A stretch of DNA of 45,923 nucleotides from Actinomycetota bacterium (GTDB taxonomy: Bacteria > Actinomycetota > Actinomycetes > S36-B12). The stretch covers positions 1 through 45,923 of the forward strand of contig JAPOJD010000002.1 in the NCBI GenBank assembly GCA_029978585.1. Direction: 5' to 3'. The translations under genes were made by a program, and so were the position numbers. Under the pieces are notes generated by a model. That model was not told the origin of the DNA, did no database searches, and saw nothing but the letters and a program-made list of their open reading frames with translations. Positions 13,693-23,082 of this stretch are shown here, one piece after another; position 1 is the stretch's first letter; each line of letters starts with the position of its first letter.

Positions 13693-14418
13693 TCAGTCTC
13701 CCGCGTTGACCCGCGCCGCGACCGTGGTCTTGCGCGCGATGTCGGCGATAGCCCGACGGCGCTCCTCCTGGGCGGCATACGCCTCGCGGCGGTCGCGGAG
13801 CACCCGCGCGGGAATCCCCCCGATGATCGAGTACGCAGGCACATCGCCCTTGACGACGGCGTGGGCCGCGACCACGCTGCCCCGGCCGATGCGCGTGCCG
13901 CGCAGCACCGTCGCCTTCGCGCCGATCCACACGTCCGGCCCGATGCGCACCGGGGACTTGGTGATGCCCTGGTCCTTGATGGGGACGTGGACGTCCTCGG
14001 TCACGTGGTCGAAGTCGCAGATGTACACCCAGTCGGCCACGATCGTGGCGTCGCCGAACTCGATGTCGAGGTAGCAGTTCACGGTGTTGTCCCGGCCGAA
14101 GACGCACTTGTCGCCCACGCGCATTGTGCCCTCGTGGCAGCGCAGCCTGTTCTCGTCGCCGATGTGGATCCATCGACCGAGGATCAGCCGGCCGTAGCCG
14201 GGCCGCGCGTAGACCTGTACGCGCCGACCCAGGAAGACGAAGCCCTCCGTGATGATGTGGGGGTAGCGCACCTTGAGCAGGAAGAAGCGCCAGTACCTCA
14301 CGAGATACCACCAGGACCAGGCCCTGTTCCGCCACACCCAGCGCAGCGAGGCCCAGGTGAGGAAGCGGGCCTGGCGGGGATCGCGTCGCGGGCTCAGGGC
14401 CGGACCCCGGTGATGCAC
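13693..14418 (-). CDS. Left-handed beta-helix (hexapeptide-repeat) acyl/acetyltransferase (Rv3034c-like)
   Basis: The C-terminal two-thirds of ORF 13693..14577 reads IGDENRLRCHEGTMRVGDKCVFGRDNTVNCYLDIEFGDATIVADWVYICDFDH...IGPDVWIGAKATVLRGTRIGRGSVVAAHAVVKGDVPAYSIIGGIPARV. The start is uncertain. GTG 14418 is chosen, which gives a 25-nt overlap with the upstream methyltransferase. The longest ORF would overlap that gene by 184 nt, with junk-like sequence. Confidence 0.7.
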   Translation of the reverse strand: MHHRGPALSPRRDPRQARFLTWASLRWVWRNRAWSWWYLVRYWRFFLLKVRYPHIITEGFVFLGRRVQVYARPGYGRLILGRWIHIGDENRLRCHEGTMRVGDKCVFGRDNTVNCYLDIEFGDATIVADWVYICDFDHVTEDVHVPIKDQGITKSPVRIGPDVWIGAKATVLRGTRIGRGSVVAAHAVVKGDVPAYSIIGGIPARVLRDRREAYAAQEERRRAIADIARKTTVAARVNAGD

Positions 14419-15314
14419 ACGTTGTAGAAGAACTCGTCGGGCACCACCCGCGACAGCACGCGCTCGTCGAGTGCGGACAGCCGCATCCACGTGTGGTAGG
14501 CGAAGAGCGCCCAGTTCCAGCCGAGCGACCCCGGCCGCACCGCGGACTCCACCGTGCGGATCGGCCAGCCGAACCACGATGCCGTGAACTCCTCGGTCAC
14601 CGTGCGCACATCGATCGCGCCCGCGCGGATTGCGGTGCGCGCCAGGCTGTCCGGGTCGAAGGTGTGCAGGTCGACGACAGATTCGAGCCGGGCCGCCTCG
14701 GAGGACGCCACGATCTCCTCGGCCGGACGGCCGTAGCGCTCACGCAGGTAGGGCAGGCGGATGGCCCTCGTCGCGGCCCACCAGGTCGCGCGGGACAGCC
14801 GCCGGGCCACGAAGTCGCCGCGCCGGGTGGGCTCGCCGCAGAACACGAATCGGCCGCCCGGCCTGAGCACGCGCAGCACCTCGCGCAGGGCCAGTTCGAC
14901 GTCCGGGATGTGGTGGAGCACCGCGTGGCCGATGACGAGGTCGAACTCGCCGTCCTCGAAGGGAAGTGTCTCCGCGTCGGCGACCTGGCCGGTGACGTCG
15001 AGGCCGAGCCCGGCTCCATTGCGAACCGCCACCTCGACCATGCCGGGGCTGATGTCGGTGACGACCGCGGACTTCGCCAGCCCGGCCTGCATGAGATTGA
15101 GGACGAAGAAGCCCGTACCTGCCCCGATCTCCAGGGCCCGGTCATACGGCCACTCCGCGTCGCCCGCGACGTGGACGAAACGATCGCGGGCGTAGTCGAT
15201 GCAGCGCTCGTCGTAGGAGATGCTCCACTTCTCGTCGTAGGTGGACGCCTCCCAGTCGTGATAGAGGACGTTTGCGAGCTTCGGATCGCCCCACGCCTCG
15301 GAGATATCGGTCAT
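14394..15314 (-). CDS. Class I SAM-dependent methyltransferase (Rv3037c-like)
   Basis: The 306-aa ORF has SAM motif ALEIGAGTGFFVLNL, followed by FDLVIGHAVLHHIPD and LRPGGRFVFCGEP. There is an ATGA overlap with the echA stop. Confidence 0.8.
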   Translation of the reverse strand: MTDISEAWGDPKLANVLYHDWEASTYDEKWSISYDERCIDYARDRFVHVAGDAEWPYDRALEIGAGTGFFVLNLMQAGLAKSAVVTDISPGMVEVAVRNGAGLGLDVTGQVADAETLPFEDGEFDLVIGHAVLHHIPDVELALREVLRVLRPGGRFVFCGEPTRRGDFVARRLSRATWWAATRAIRLPYLRERYGRPAEEIVASSEAARLESVVDLHTFDPDSLARTAIRAGAIDVRTVTEEFTASWFGWPIRTVESAVRPGSLGWNWALFAYHTWMRLSALDERVLSRVVPDEFFYNVCITGVRP

Positions 15315-16093
15315 GACCCGGTGAACTCCGCCTTGCCAGGGCCGCTCTCGAGGAACGAGCGCATGCCGATCTCCTGGTCGCGGGTGCCGAAGAGCGCGGA
15401 GAACTGGACACGCTCGATGTCGAGCCCGGTCTCCAGGTCGGTCTCAATGCCGCGATCGATCGCGGACTTGGCAGCGCGCATCGCGAACGCGGGTCCGCGG
15501 GCGAGCTGCTGCGCCCACGCCACGGACTCCGCGTAGACATCGTCGGGTGCCACGATGCGGTCGACCAGGCCAATGGACTGCGCCTCGTCCGCCGCGACGA
15601 AGCGGCCAGACAGGATGATCTCCTTGGCGCGCGCGATACCGACGAGGCGCGGCAGTCGCTGGGTGCCGCCTGCCCCGGGGATGATGCCGAGCAGGATCTC
15701 GGGCTGGCCCAGTCGCGCGTTGTCCCCCGCCACCCGGAAGTCGCAGCACATCGCGAGCTCGCATCCGCCCCCGAGCGCGTAACCGGCGACCGCGGCGATC
15801 GTGGGCTGCGGGATTCGGGCAACCGCGGTGAAGGCCGACTGCAGGTGGGCTGAGCGGGCCAGGGCGTCGGTGAGCGACCAGTCGGCCATCTCCTTGACAT
15901 CGGCCCCCGCCGCGAAGACCTTGGGTCCGCCGTACAGCACGACGGCCCGGATGTCCGCGCGCTGGGAGACCTCGTCCGCGGCCGCGCGGATCTCCTCTTG
16001 CACCTGGACCGACAGGGCGTTCATGGGCGGCCGGTCGATGCGGATCGTGCCGACGCCATCGGCGACGTCTACGCTCACGAACTCGCTCGTCAT
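15311..16093 (-). CDS. Enoyl-CoA hydratase/isomerase family protein (crotonase)
   Basis: The sequence MTSEFVSVDVADGVGTIRIDRPPMNAL...FAAGADVKEM...AAVAGYALGGGCELAMCCDFRVA is a crotonase fold. ATG 16093 is preferred over GTG 16117 because GGAGG lies 7 nt upstream of it. Confidence 0.85.
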   Translation of the reverse strand: MTSEFVSVDVADGVGTIRIDRPPMNALSVQVQEEIRAAADEVSQRADIRAVVLYGGPKVFAAGADVKEMADWSLTDALARSAHLQSAFTAVARIPQPTIAAVAGYALGGGCELAMCCDFRVAGDNARLGQPEILLGIIPGAGGTQRLPRLVGIARAKEIILSGRFVAADEAQSIGLVDRIVAPDDVYAESVAWAQQLARGPAFAMRAAKSAIDRGIETDLETGLDIERVQFSALFGTRDQEIGMRSFLESGPGKAEFTGS

Positions 16094-16238
16094 CGCTCTG
16101 CCTCCGTCATCGCCCACGAAACCGCCTTCGTCCCGACCCGCAGCCTATGGGCGATGCCGCGGCCGCGGGTCTCCGGGAGAGTAGGTTAGGGCTCCGGGGC
16201 GGGGCCGAAGAGCCGAAGGGCCGAAGGAGGGAACCGAC

Positions 16239-18368
16239 GTGGAGTGGGCGATCGACGGCCCCGGTGCGTGGGATCCCCTCGGCGTCACCCTCGACGCGGC
16301 CGGGGCAAATGTCGCGCTGTGGGCGCCCGGGGCCGACTCCGTGGACCTGTGTCTCTTCGACGACGACGGCCAGGAGCACCGGGTCCGGCTCCCCGAGCAG
16401 ACCTTCGGCGTCTTCCACGGCCATGTGGCCGGGATAGTTGCCGGAGCGGCCTACGGCTTCCGCGTCCACGGCCCCTGGGACCCGGCCAGCGGCAAGCGAT
16501 GGAACCCGGCCAAGCTGCTCGCCGACCCGTATGCCCGCGCCCTCGACGGCCGCTTCGTTGCCGACCCGGCGGTCTTCGGCCACGTCGGCAACGACGACCT
16601 CGTGCGCAATGACGCCGACTCCGCGCCCTTCGTCCCGCGGTCCATCGCCGTGTCGAGCGCGTTCGACTGGTACGACGACCGGGCGCCGAACATCCCGTGG
16701 AACCACACGATCATCTACGAGACGCACGTCCGGGGGCTCACCATGCGCCATCCGGGGGTGCCCGAGCAGCTGCGGGGCACCTACGCTGGCCTGGCGCATC
16801 CCGCGGTCGTCGAGCACCTCACGTCGCTGGGCATCACGGCCGTGGAACTCATGCCCACCCATCACTTCGTCGACGAGGTCCACCTCATCGAGCTGGGCCT
16901 CACCAATTACTGGGGCTACAACACCCTCGGCTTCTTCGCCCCGCACGCGTCGTACAGCTCCTCGGGCACCCGGGGCGAGCAGGTGCGGGAGTTCAAGGAG
17001 ATGGTCCGCACCCTGCACGCCGCGGGCCTGGAGGTCATCCTCGACGTCGTCTACAACCACACGGCGGAGGGCAATCAGCTCGGGCCGACACTGTCCTTCC
17101 GCGGCATCGACAACGGCGGCTACTACCGACTCAGTGACGGCCGCTACTACACCGACTACACCGGCTGCGGCAACACCCTGGACGTCTCCAACCCCCATGT
17201 CCTGCAGATGGTGATGGACTCCCTGCGCTACTGGGTTGAGGAGATGCACGTCGACGGCTTCCGCTTCGACCTCGCCGCTGCGCTGGCCCGCTCGTTCCAC
17301 GACGTCGACATGCTGGGGACGTTCGTCACGACCATTCAGCAGGATCCGGTCCTGAGGCGCGTCAAGCTCATCGCCGAGCCGTGGGACGTCGGCCCCGGCG
17401 GCTACCAGGTGGGCGAGTTCCCGACGCTGTGGACGGAGTGGAACGGCAAGTACCGCGACTGCCTGCGCGACTTCTGGCGGGGCGCGGCGGGCGTGAGCGA
17501 ACTCGGCTGGCGCCTGTCGGGGTCCGCGGACCTCTACGCCGGCGACGGGCGGCGGCCGTACGCCTCGATCAACTTCATCACCGCGCACGACGGCTTCCCG
17601 ATGCGCGACCTCACGACGTACGAGCACAAGCACAACGAGGCCAACCTCGAGGACAATCGCGACGGGACGGACGACAATAGGTCAGCGAACTACGGGCACG
17701 AGGGCGAGACGGACGATCCGGCGATCAACGAGGTACGCCGACGCCAGATCCGCAACATGCTCTCCACCCTGCTGCTCAGCACAGGCGTCCCGATGATCCT
17801 GGGCGGCGACGAGATCGGCCGCACCCAGGGCGGCAACAACAACGCGTACTGCCAGGACAATCAGATCTCGTGGTTCGACTGGGACCTGCAGCCCTGGCAG
17901 GAGGAACTGCTGGGCTTCGCGCGCATGGTCATCGGGCTTCGGCGCGACCATCGCGTCTTCCGGCAGCGGTTCTTCTTCGACGGCCGGCCGGTGCGGGAGG
18001 GCGGGGCACCCGACCTCGCCTGGATCGGGCCGGACGGCTCCCCCCTCGACGAGGCCGAGTGGCACTCGTGGGAGACCAAGACGCTGGGGATGTACCTCTC
18101 GGGGGACCTCCACCCGGTGCCGGGCGAGCCCCGGCCGGCACCGGACGACTCCTTCCTGGTGATCCTGCATGCCTCCGACGACGAACTGCCCTTCAGGCTT
18201 CCCGGGGAGCCCTTCGCGGGTCGCTATGAGGTCGTCTTCGACACGGGACTCCCCGGCGACGGGACAGAGGCCGAGCCGCGCGTGCTCGATCCCGGCTCGA
18301 CGGTCGACCTCGTGCCGCGCAGCGTCGTCCTGCTGCGGGTCATCGACGAGCGCGACCCGGAGGACTAG
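16239..18368 (+). CDS. glgX: Glycogen debranching enzyme (isoamylase type, GH13)
   Basis: The 709-aa ORF reads GVTLDAAGANVALWAPGADSVDLCLFDD, YETHVRGLT, NYWGYNTLGFFAPH, DVVYNHT, GFRFDLA, IAEPWD and FITAHDGF. SD GGAGGG lies 7 nt upstream of the GTG start. Confidence 0.93.
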   Translation: MEWAIDGPGAWDPLGVTLDAAGANVALWAPGADSVDLCLFDDDGQEHRVRLPEQTFGVFHGHVAGIVAGAAYGFRVHGPWDPASGKRWNPAKLLADPYARALDGRFVADPAVFGHVGNDDLVRNDADSAPFVPRSIAVSSAFDWYDDRAPNIPWNHTIIYETHVRGLTMRHPGVPEQLRGTYAGLAHPAVVEHLTSLGITAVELMPTHHFVDEVHLIELGLTNYWGYNTLGFFAPHASYSSSGTRGEQVREFKEMVRTLHAAGLEVILDVVYNHTAEGNQLGPTLSFRGIDNGGYYRLSDGRYYTDYTGCGNTLDVSNPHVLQMVMDSLRYWVEEMHVDGFRFDLAAALARSFHDVDMLGTFVTTIQQDPVLRRVKLIAEPWDVGPGGYQVGEFPTLWTEWNGKYRDCLRDFWRGAAGVSELGWRLSGSADLYAGDGRRPYASINFITAHDGFPMRDLTTYEHKHNEANLEDNRDGTDDNRSANYGHEGETDDPAINEVRRRQIRNMLSTLLLSTGVPMILGGDEIGRTQGGNNNAYCQDNQISWFDWDLQPWQEELLGFARMVIGLRRDHRVFRQRFFFDGRPVREGGAPDLAWIGPDGSPLDEAEWHSWETKTLGMYLSGDLHPVPGEPRPAPDDSFLVILHASDDELPFRLPGEPFAGRYEVVFDTGLPGDGTEAEPRVLDPGSTVDLVPRSVVLLRVIDERDPED

Positions 18369-21022
18369 CGCAGCGGCGTGTCGCCCACGGCCGACGGAGG
18401 CACCGGGGCCGCGACGAGCCCCATCTCGACCGGCGAGATCAGCATCTCGTGACGCGGCAGCACTCGCACGGTGTAGCCGAACGGCCCCGTCCGCATGAGC
18501 GCCAGCGATCCCTCGTACCTCCACCGGCCGTCGTCGTAGGCCTCGACCGGCTTGAGCTCCGTGCGGTCAGGAGACGACAGGCGATCATCGGCATCGACGC
18601 GGCCCGACAGCACCTCGACGAGTACGTCATCGGGGGTGAGTGCACCGAGGCGCACATATGCCTTGAGGTCCGCCGTCGAGCCCTGCAGTGCGACGTCCTC
18701 AACCCCGGTGGCCTCGAGGTGCTCGACCGCAACCCCCGGCCAGGCCGATTGGACTCGCGACTTCCAGGCCGCGAGGGCCCGGGCCGGCGCGAAGTAGTCC
18801 GATGACACCGCGCGCGCGGCCTGCGCGGCCGGGTCGTACAGCCGGTCGACGTACTCCCCGACCATCCGGCTCGCGAGGACCTTGGGGCCCAGGTGCTCCA
18901 GGGTGTGCCGCACCATCTCGATCCAGCGGTGGGGCAGCCCATCGTCGCCGCGCTGGTAGAACGCCGGGGCGACATGCCGCTCGATGAGGTTGTAAAGGCT
19001 GGCTGCCTCGAGGTCATCGCGTCGCTCGGGGTCGTCGACATTGTCGGCCGTGGGGATCGCCCAGCCGTTCTCGCCGTCGAACCACTCGTCCCACCACCCG
19101 TCGAGGATGGACAGGTTGAGGGCGCCGTTGAGCGCCGCCTTCATGCCGGAGGTGCCGCTGGCCTCGAGGGGCCGGATCGGGTTGTTCAGCCACACGTCGC
19201 AGCCGGGGTAGAGCACCGTCGCCATGCCGATGTCGTAGTCGGGGAGGAAGGCGATGCGATGGCGCACCTCGGGGTCGTCGGTGAAGCGCACGAGTTCCTG
19301 GATCAGCCCCTTGCCTCCGTCATCCGCCGGATGCGCCTTGCCCGCGACGACGATCTGCAGGGGTCGCTCGGGGTGCAGCAGCAGCTCCCGGAGCCGATCG
19401 GGGTCGCGCAGCATGAGGGTGAGCCGCTTGTACGACGGCACCCGCCGGGCGAAGCCGATGGTGAGGATGTCGGGGTCCAGCACGCCGTCGATCCACCCGA
19501 GCTCTGCCTCCGCGGCGCCGCGTGCGAGCCACGAGTCGCGCAGGCGCGTGCGTGCCATGCGCACGAGGTCTTCGCGCAGGCGTCGCTTGACCGGCCAGAT
19601 CTCGTGGTCGGGGATGCGCCCGATCGCCTCCCAGCCGCGCGCCTCCTCGACGAGTTCGGGGCCAACCTCGCGCGTGGCGAGCTCGAGCACCTCGCGGGCG
19701 ACCCAGGTCGGCGCGTGCACGCCATTGGTGATCGAGGTGATGAGCACCTCGTCCGGGTCGAAGCCCGGCCACAGCCCGGCGAACATCTCGCGGCTGACCC
19801 GCCCGTGCAGCAGGCTCACGCCATTGGCGCGCTGGGCCAGGCGCAGGCCCATCACCGCCATGTTGAACACGCCGGGATCGCCGTCCTCGAAGGTCTCCTG
19901 GCCCAGGGCCAGGATGCTCTCCACCGGCATGCCCGGTACGGCGTTGTCACCGCCGAAGAAGCGCGCGACCATCTCGCGCGGGAAGCGGTCGATGCCCGCG
20001 GGCACGGGGGTGTGCGTGGTGAACACCGTCCCAGCCCGCACGGCCTGAAGTGCCGCGTCGAAGTCCAGCGCCGCCGGCCCGGTGATCAGCTCGCGCATGC
20101 GCTCCAACCCGAGGAAGCCCGCGTGACCCTCGTTGGAGTGGAAGACCTCCGGGGCGTCCGTGCCGGTGACCCGGCAGTACTCCCGGATCGCTCGAACTCC
20201 GCCGATGCCGAGCAGGACCTCCTGCAGGAGCCGGTTGTCGCTGCCACCGCCGTACAGCCGATCGGTCACCTCACGCAGGGACGGGTCGTTCGCCTGGATG
20301 TTCGTGTCGAGAAGCAGCAGCGGGACGCGTCCGACCGTGGCCACCCACACCTGCGCGCTGAGCACCTGTCCGCCGGGCATCCCCACGCGCACGAGCACGG
20401 GGCTGCCGGGGTCCCCCACGGATCCGTCCGCCGATCCACTCGCTGCTGCGCTCCCCTCGCGCAGCAGCGCGATGGGCATCTCCTGCGGGTCCGTGACCGG
20501 GTACGTCTCGAGCTGCCAGCCCTCGCGCGACAGGGTCTGGCGGAAGTAGCCGGAGCGGTAGAACAGCCCCACGCCGAGGATGGGCACGCCGAGGTCCGAG
20601 GCCGCCTTGAGGTGGTCCCCGGCGAGGATGCCGAGGCCGCCGGAGTACTGCGGCAGCGCCGCGGCGATGCCGAACTCGGGGGAGAAGTACGCGATGCGGC
20701 GCGGGCCGGCCTCCTGGCGGGACTGGAACCACGCCTCGCGCTCGAGGTAGGCCCGCAGGTCGTCCCGGGTGCGGTGCACCCAGTCGACGTACCCCTGGTC
20801 GGCCGCCCGCTCGGCCAGCCGCTCGGGCGAGACCTCCGCGAGCATGCGGACCGGATTGCCGTCGACCCGGGCCCACACCTCGTCGTCGAGGGCGGCGAAG
20901 ACATCACGGGTCGGCGGGTGCCAGGACCAGCGCAGGTTCTCCGCGAGTTCGACCAGCGGCCCGAGGGCCGGCGGCAGAACGGTGCGGACGGTCAGACGCC
21001 GGATCGCTTTCACGGCGGTCAC
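18365..21022 (-). CDS. glgP: Alpha-glucan family phosphorylase (GT35, maltodextrin/glycogen phosphorylase)
   Basis: From GTG 21022 the sequence is VTAVKAIRRLTVRTVLPPALGPLVELAENLRWSWHPPTRDVF (DUF3417-type N-terminus), then YFSPEFG...YSGGLGILAGDHLKAASDLGVP, then the PLP region EASGTSGMKAALNGALNLSILDGWW. The ORF part upstream of 21022 overlaps glgE and looks non-coding. Confidence 0.9.
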   Translation of the reverse strand: MTAVKAIRRLTVRTVLPPALGPLVELAENLRWSWHPPTRDVFAALDDEVWARVDGNPVRMLAEVSPERLAERAADQGYVDWVHRTRDDLRAYLEREAWFQSRQEAGPRRIAYFSPEFGIAAALPQYSGGLGILAGDHLKAASDLGVPILGVGLFYRSGYFRQTLSREGWQLETYPVTDPQEMPIALLREGSAAASGSADGSVGDPGSPVLVRVGMPGGQVLSAQVWVATVGRVPLLLLDTNIQANDPSLREVTDRLYGGGSDNRLLQEVLLGIGGVRAIREYCRVTGTDAPEVFHSNEGHAGFLGLERMRELITGPAALDFDAALQAVRAGTVFTTHTPVPAGIDRFPREMVARFFGGDNAVPGMPVESILALGQETFEDGDPGVFNMAVMGLRLAQRANGVSLLHGRVSREMFAGLWPGFDPDEVLITSITNGVHAPTWVAREVLELATREVGPELVEEARGWEAIGRIPDHEIWPVKRRLREDLVRMARTRLRDSWLARGAAEAELGWIDGVLDPDILTIGFARRVPSYKRLTLMLRDPDRLRELLLHPERPLQIVVAGKAHPADDGGKGLIQELVRFTDDPEVRHRIAFLPDYDIGMATVLYPGCDVWLNNPIRPLEASGTSGMKAALNGALNLSILDGWWDEWFDGENGWAIPTADNVDDPERRDDLEAASLYNLIERHVAPAFYQRGDDGLPHRWIEMVRHTLEHLGPKVLASRMVGEYVDRLYDPAAQAARAVSSDYFAPARALAAWKSRVQSAWPGVAVEHLEATGVEDVALQGSTADLKAYVRLGALTPDDVLVEVLSGRVDADDRLSSPDRTELKPVEAYDDGRWRYEGSLALMRTGPFGYTVRVLPRHEMLISPVEMGLVAAPVPPSAVGDTPLR

Positions 21023-21041
21023 GCTATCGCCCCCGCCCCGA

Positions 21042-21047
21042 TACCCT
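21042..21047 (+). promoter_or_regulatory. Candidate -10 hexamer TACCCT, 6 nt upstream of the glgE GTG start
   Basis: The sequence reads TACCCTttcgggGTG inside the 31-nt glgP/glgE divergent spacer. It fits TANNNT and there is no SD. Confidence 0.3.
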
Positions 21048-21053
21048 TTCGGG

Positions 21054-23069
21054 GTGACCGGGCCCGTCGCGGGGATCTCCGCGGGAATCTCCGTGCCCCG
21101 GACCCTGGGGGGCCGCTTCCCAATCACCGACGTCTCCCCCGCCGTCGAAGGCGGCCGCCTGCCGGCGAAGGCCGTCGTCGGTGAGCAGGTGCCCATCCGC
21201 GCCGTCGCCTTCCGGGAAGGCCACGACAGCCTCGGGGTCGAGGTGGTGTTGCAGGCTCCGGACGGATCCCAGCGGCGCACCCGCATGGCTGACCTCGGTA
21301 CGGGCGTGGACGTCTGGGGCGCACTGGTCTACCCCGACGCGGAAGGCGAGTGGGCGTTCACGATCGAGGCCTGGGGCGACCCCTGGGCCACGTGGGCCCA
21401 TCGCGCCGCCATCAAGGTGCCCGCGGGCCAGGACATCGACCTCGAACTCGAGGAGGGGGCGCGCATCCTCGAGGAGGTCGCGCGCGGTCTGCCGCGCGGC
21501 AGCGGGGATGCCCGCAAGGCCCTGCGCGCCGGGGCCGCGCGCATGCGCAAGTCGTCCCTTCCGCCGGCCGTGCGCCTGGCCGCGGCCGAGGACCCCTCCG
21601 TGTCAGCGATCGTGCAAGACCATCCAGTGCGCGAGCACGTGACGGCGTGCGGCCCGTGGCCGCTGCGCGTCGAGCGGCGGCGAGCACTCGTCGGATCGTG
21701 GTACGAGTTCTTCCCGCGCAGCGAGGGAGCCACGGGTACCCCCGCGCGGTCGGGGACCTTCGCCACCGCGGCGAAGCGCCTGCCCGACATCGCGGCGATG
21801 GGGTTCGATGTCGTCTACCTCCCCCCGATCCACCCCATCGGCACGGCGCACCGCAAGGGGCCCAACAACACCCTGGTGACCGAGCCCGGCGACCCCGGGT
21901 CGCCGTGGGCCATCGGCTCGGCGGAAGGGGGTCACGACGCCGTGCACCCCGACCTCGGCACGCAGGCCGACTTCGCCGCGTTCATCGCCGAGGCCGCGCG
22001 GCACGGACTCGAGGTCGCCCTCGACCTGGCCCTGCAGGCCTCACCCGACCACCCGTGGGTGACGGAGCATCCCGAGTGGTTCCGACCCCGGGCGGACGGC
22101 TCGATCGCCTACGCCGAGAACCCGCCGAAGAAGTACCAGGACATCTACCCCCTGTACTTCGACGCGGACCCCGAGGGGCTCTATGCCGAGATCGTGCGCG
22201 TCGTACGGCACTGGATGTCGCTCGGCGTGCGCATCTTCCGCGTCGACAACCCCCACACGAAGCCGCTGTGGGTGTGGCATCGCCTCACCGAGGAACTGTG
22301 GGCCACCGATCCCGACATCATCTTCCTCGCCGAGGCGTTCACGCGACCGCCGATGATGCGCGCCCTGGCCGAGGTCGGGTTCCAGCAGAGCTATACGTAT
22401 TTCACCTGGCGGAATGACCGGCGCGGCCTGGAGGACTACCTGTCCGAGTTGGCCGGACCGGCGGCGGCGTACATGCGGCCCAATGTCTTCGTCAACACCC
22501 CGGACATCCTCACCGAATACCTCCAGCGCGGCGGGCCGCCGGCGTTCGCCATCCGGGCCACGCTCGCCGCGACCCTGTCCCCGACCTGGGGCGTCTATAG
22601 CGGCTTCGAGCTCTTCGAGCACGAGCCCGCGCGACCGGGCAGTGAGGAGTACCTCGACTCCGAGAAGTTCCAGTACCGCCCTCGCGACTGGGCCGCGGCG
22701 GCCAAGGCCGGGGCGACGCTCGCGCCGTACATCGCCCGGCTCAACGCCGCGCGGCGCGAGCAGCCGGCGCTGCAGGATCTGCGCAGCCTCGCCTTCCACT
22801 ACCCCGAGGACGAGCAGGTGATCGCGTACTCCAAGCAGGTGGGCGACGACATCGTGCTCGTCGCCTGCACCCTGGACCCATTCTGGAGCCGGGAGACGAC
22901 GGTCTGGTGGGACATGCCCAGGATCGGCCTGGCCGACGACGACCTCTTCCTTGCCGAGGACCTCGTCACCGGCGAATCATGGACCTGGGGCCGGGCGACG
23001 TATGTGCGCTTCACCCCCGGCGACCGCATCGCCCACGTGGTGCGGGTGCGCAGGCCCGGATCGCCGTGA
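21054..23069 (+). CDS. glgE: Alpha-1,4-glucan:maltose-1-phosphate maltosyltransferase
   Basis: From GTG 21054 the sequence is ...[39 protein letters not shown] (GlgE N-domain signature), then [29 protein letters not shown] and EAFTRP. The preceding 95 codons of ORF 20769..23069 are antisense to glgP. Confidence 0.9.
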   Translation: MTGPVAGISAGISVPRTLGGRFPITDVSPAVEGGRLPAKAVVGEQVPIRAVAFREGHDSLGVEVVLQAPDGSQRRTRMADLGTGVDVWGALVYPDAEGEWAFTIEAWGDPWATWAHRAAIKVPAGQDIDLELEEGARILEEVARGLPRGSGDARKALRAGAARMRKSSLPPAVRLAAAEDPSVSAIVQDHPVREHVTACGPWPLRVERRRALVGSWYEFFPRSEGATGTPARSGTFATAAKRLPDIAAMGFDVVYLPPIHPIGTAHRKGPNNTLVTEPGDPGSPWAIGSAEGGHDAVHPDLGTQADFAAFIAEAARHGLEVALDLALQASPDHPWVTEHPEWFRPRADGSIAYAENPPKKYQDIYPLYFDADPEGLYAEIVRVVRHWMSLGVRIFRVDNPHTKPLWVWHRLTEELWATDPDIIFLAEAFTRPPMMRALAEVGFQQSYTYFTWRNDRRGLEDYLSELAGPAAAYMRPNVFVNTPDILTEYLQRGGPPAFAIRATLAATLSPTWGVYSGFELFEHEPARPGSEEYLDSEKFQYRPRDWAAAAKAGATLAPYIARLNAARREQPALQDLRSLAFHYPEDEQVIAYSKQVGDDIVLVACTLDPFWSRETTVWWDMPRIGLADDDLFLAEDLVTGESWTWGRATYVRFTPGDRIAHVVRVRRPGSP

Positions 23070-23082
23070 CGAAGGGACCGTG

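Noticed and set aside
16107-17633. 508-aa ORF on the minus strand
   Set aside because: It is antisense to glgX, whose product has unmistakable GH13 isoamylase motifs. The antisense product is Arg/Val/Gly/Pro-rich and low in information, as is typical of stop-codon depletion on the opposite strand of high-GC genes.
20769-21053. 95-codon N-terminal extension of glgE, and the matching extension of glgP to 21286
   Set aside because: The two extensions are mutually antisense and junk-like. Conserved family N-termini begin at 21054 for glgE and 21022 for glgP.
18893-21184. 763-aa ORF on the plus strand
   Set aside because: It is antisense to glgP, which carries clear GT35 and PLP motifs. There are no recognisable domains, only a high-GC shadow ORF.
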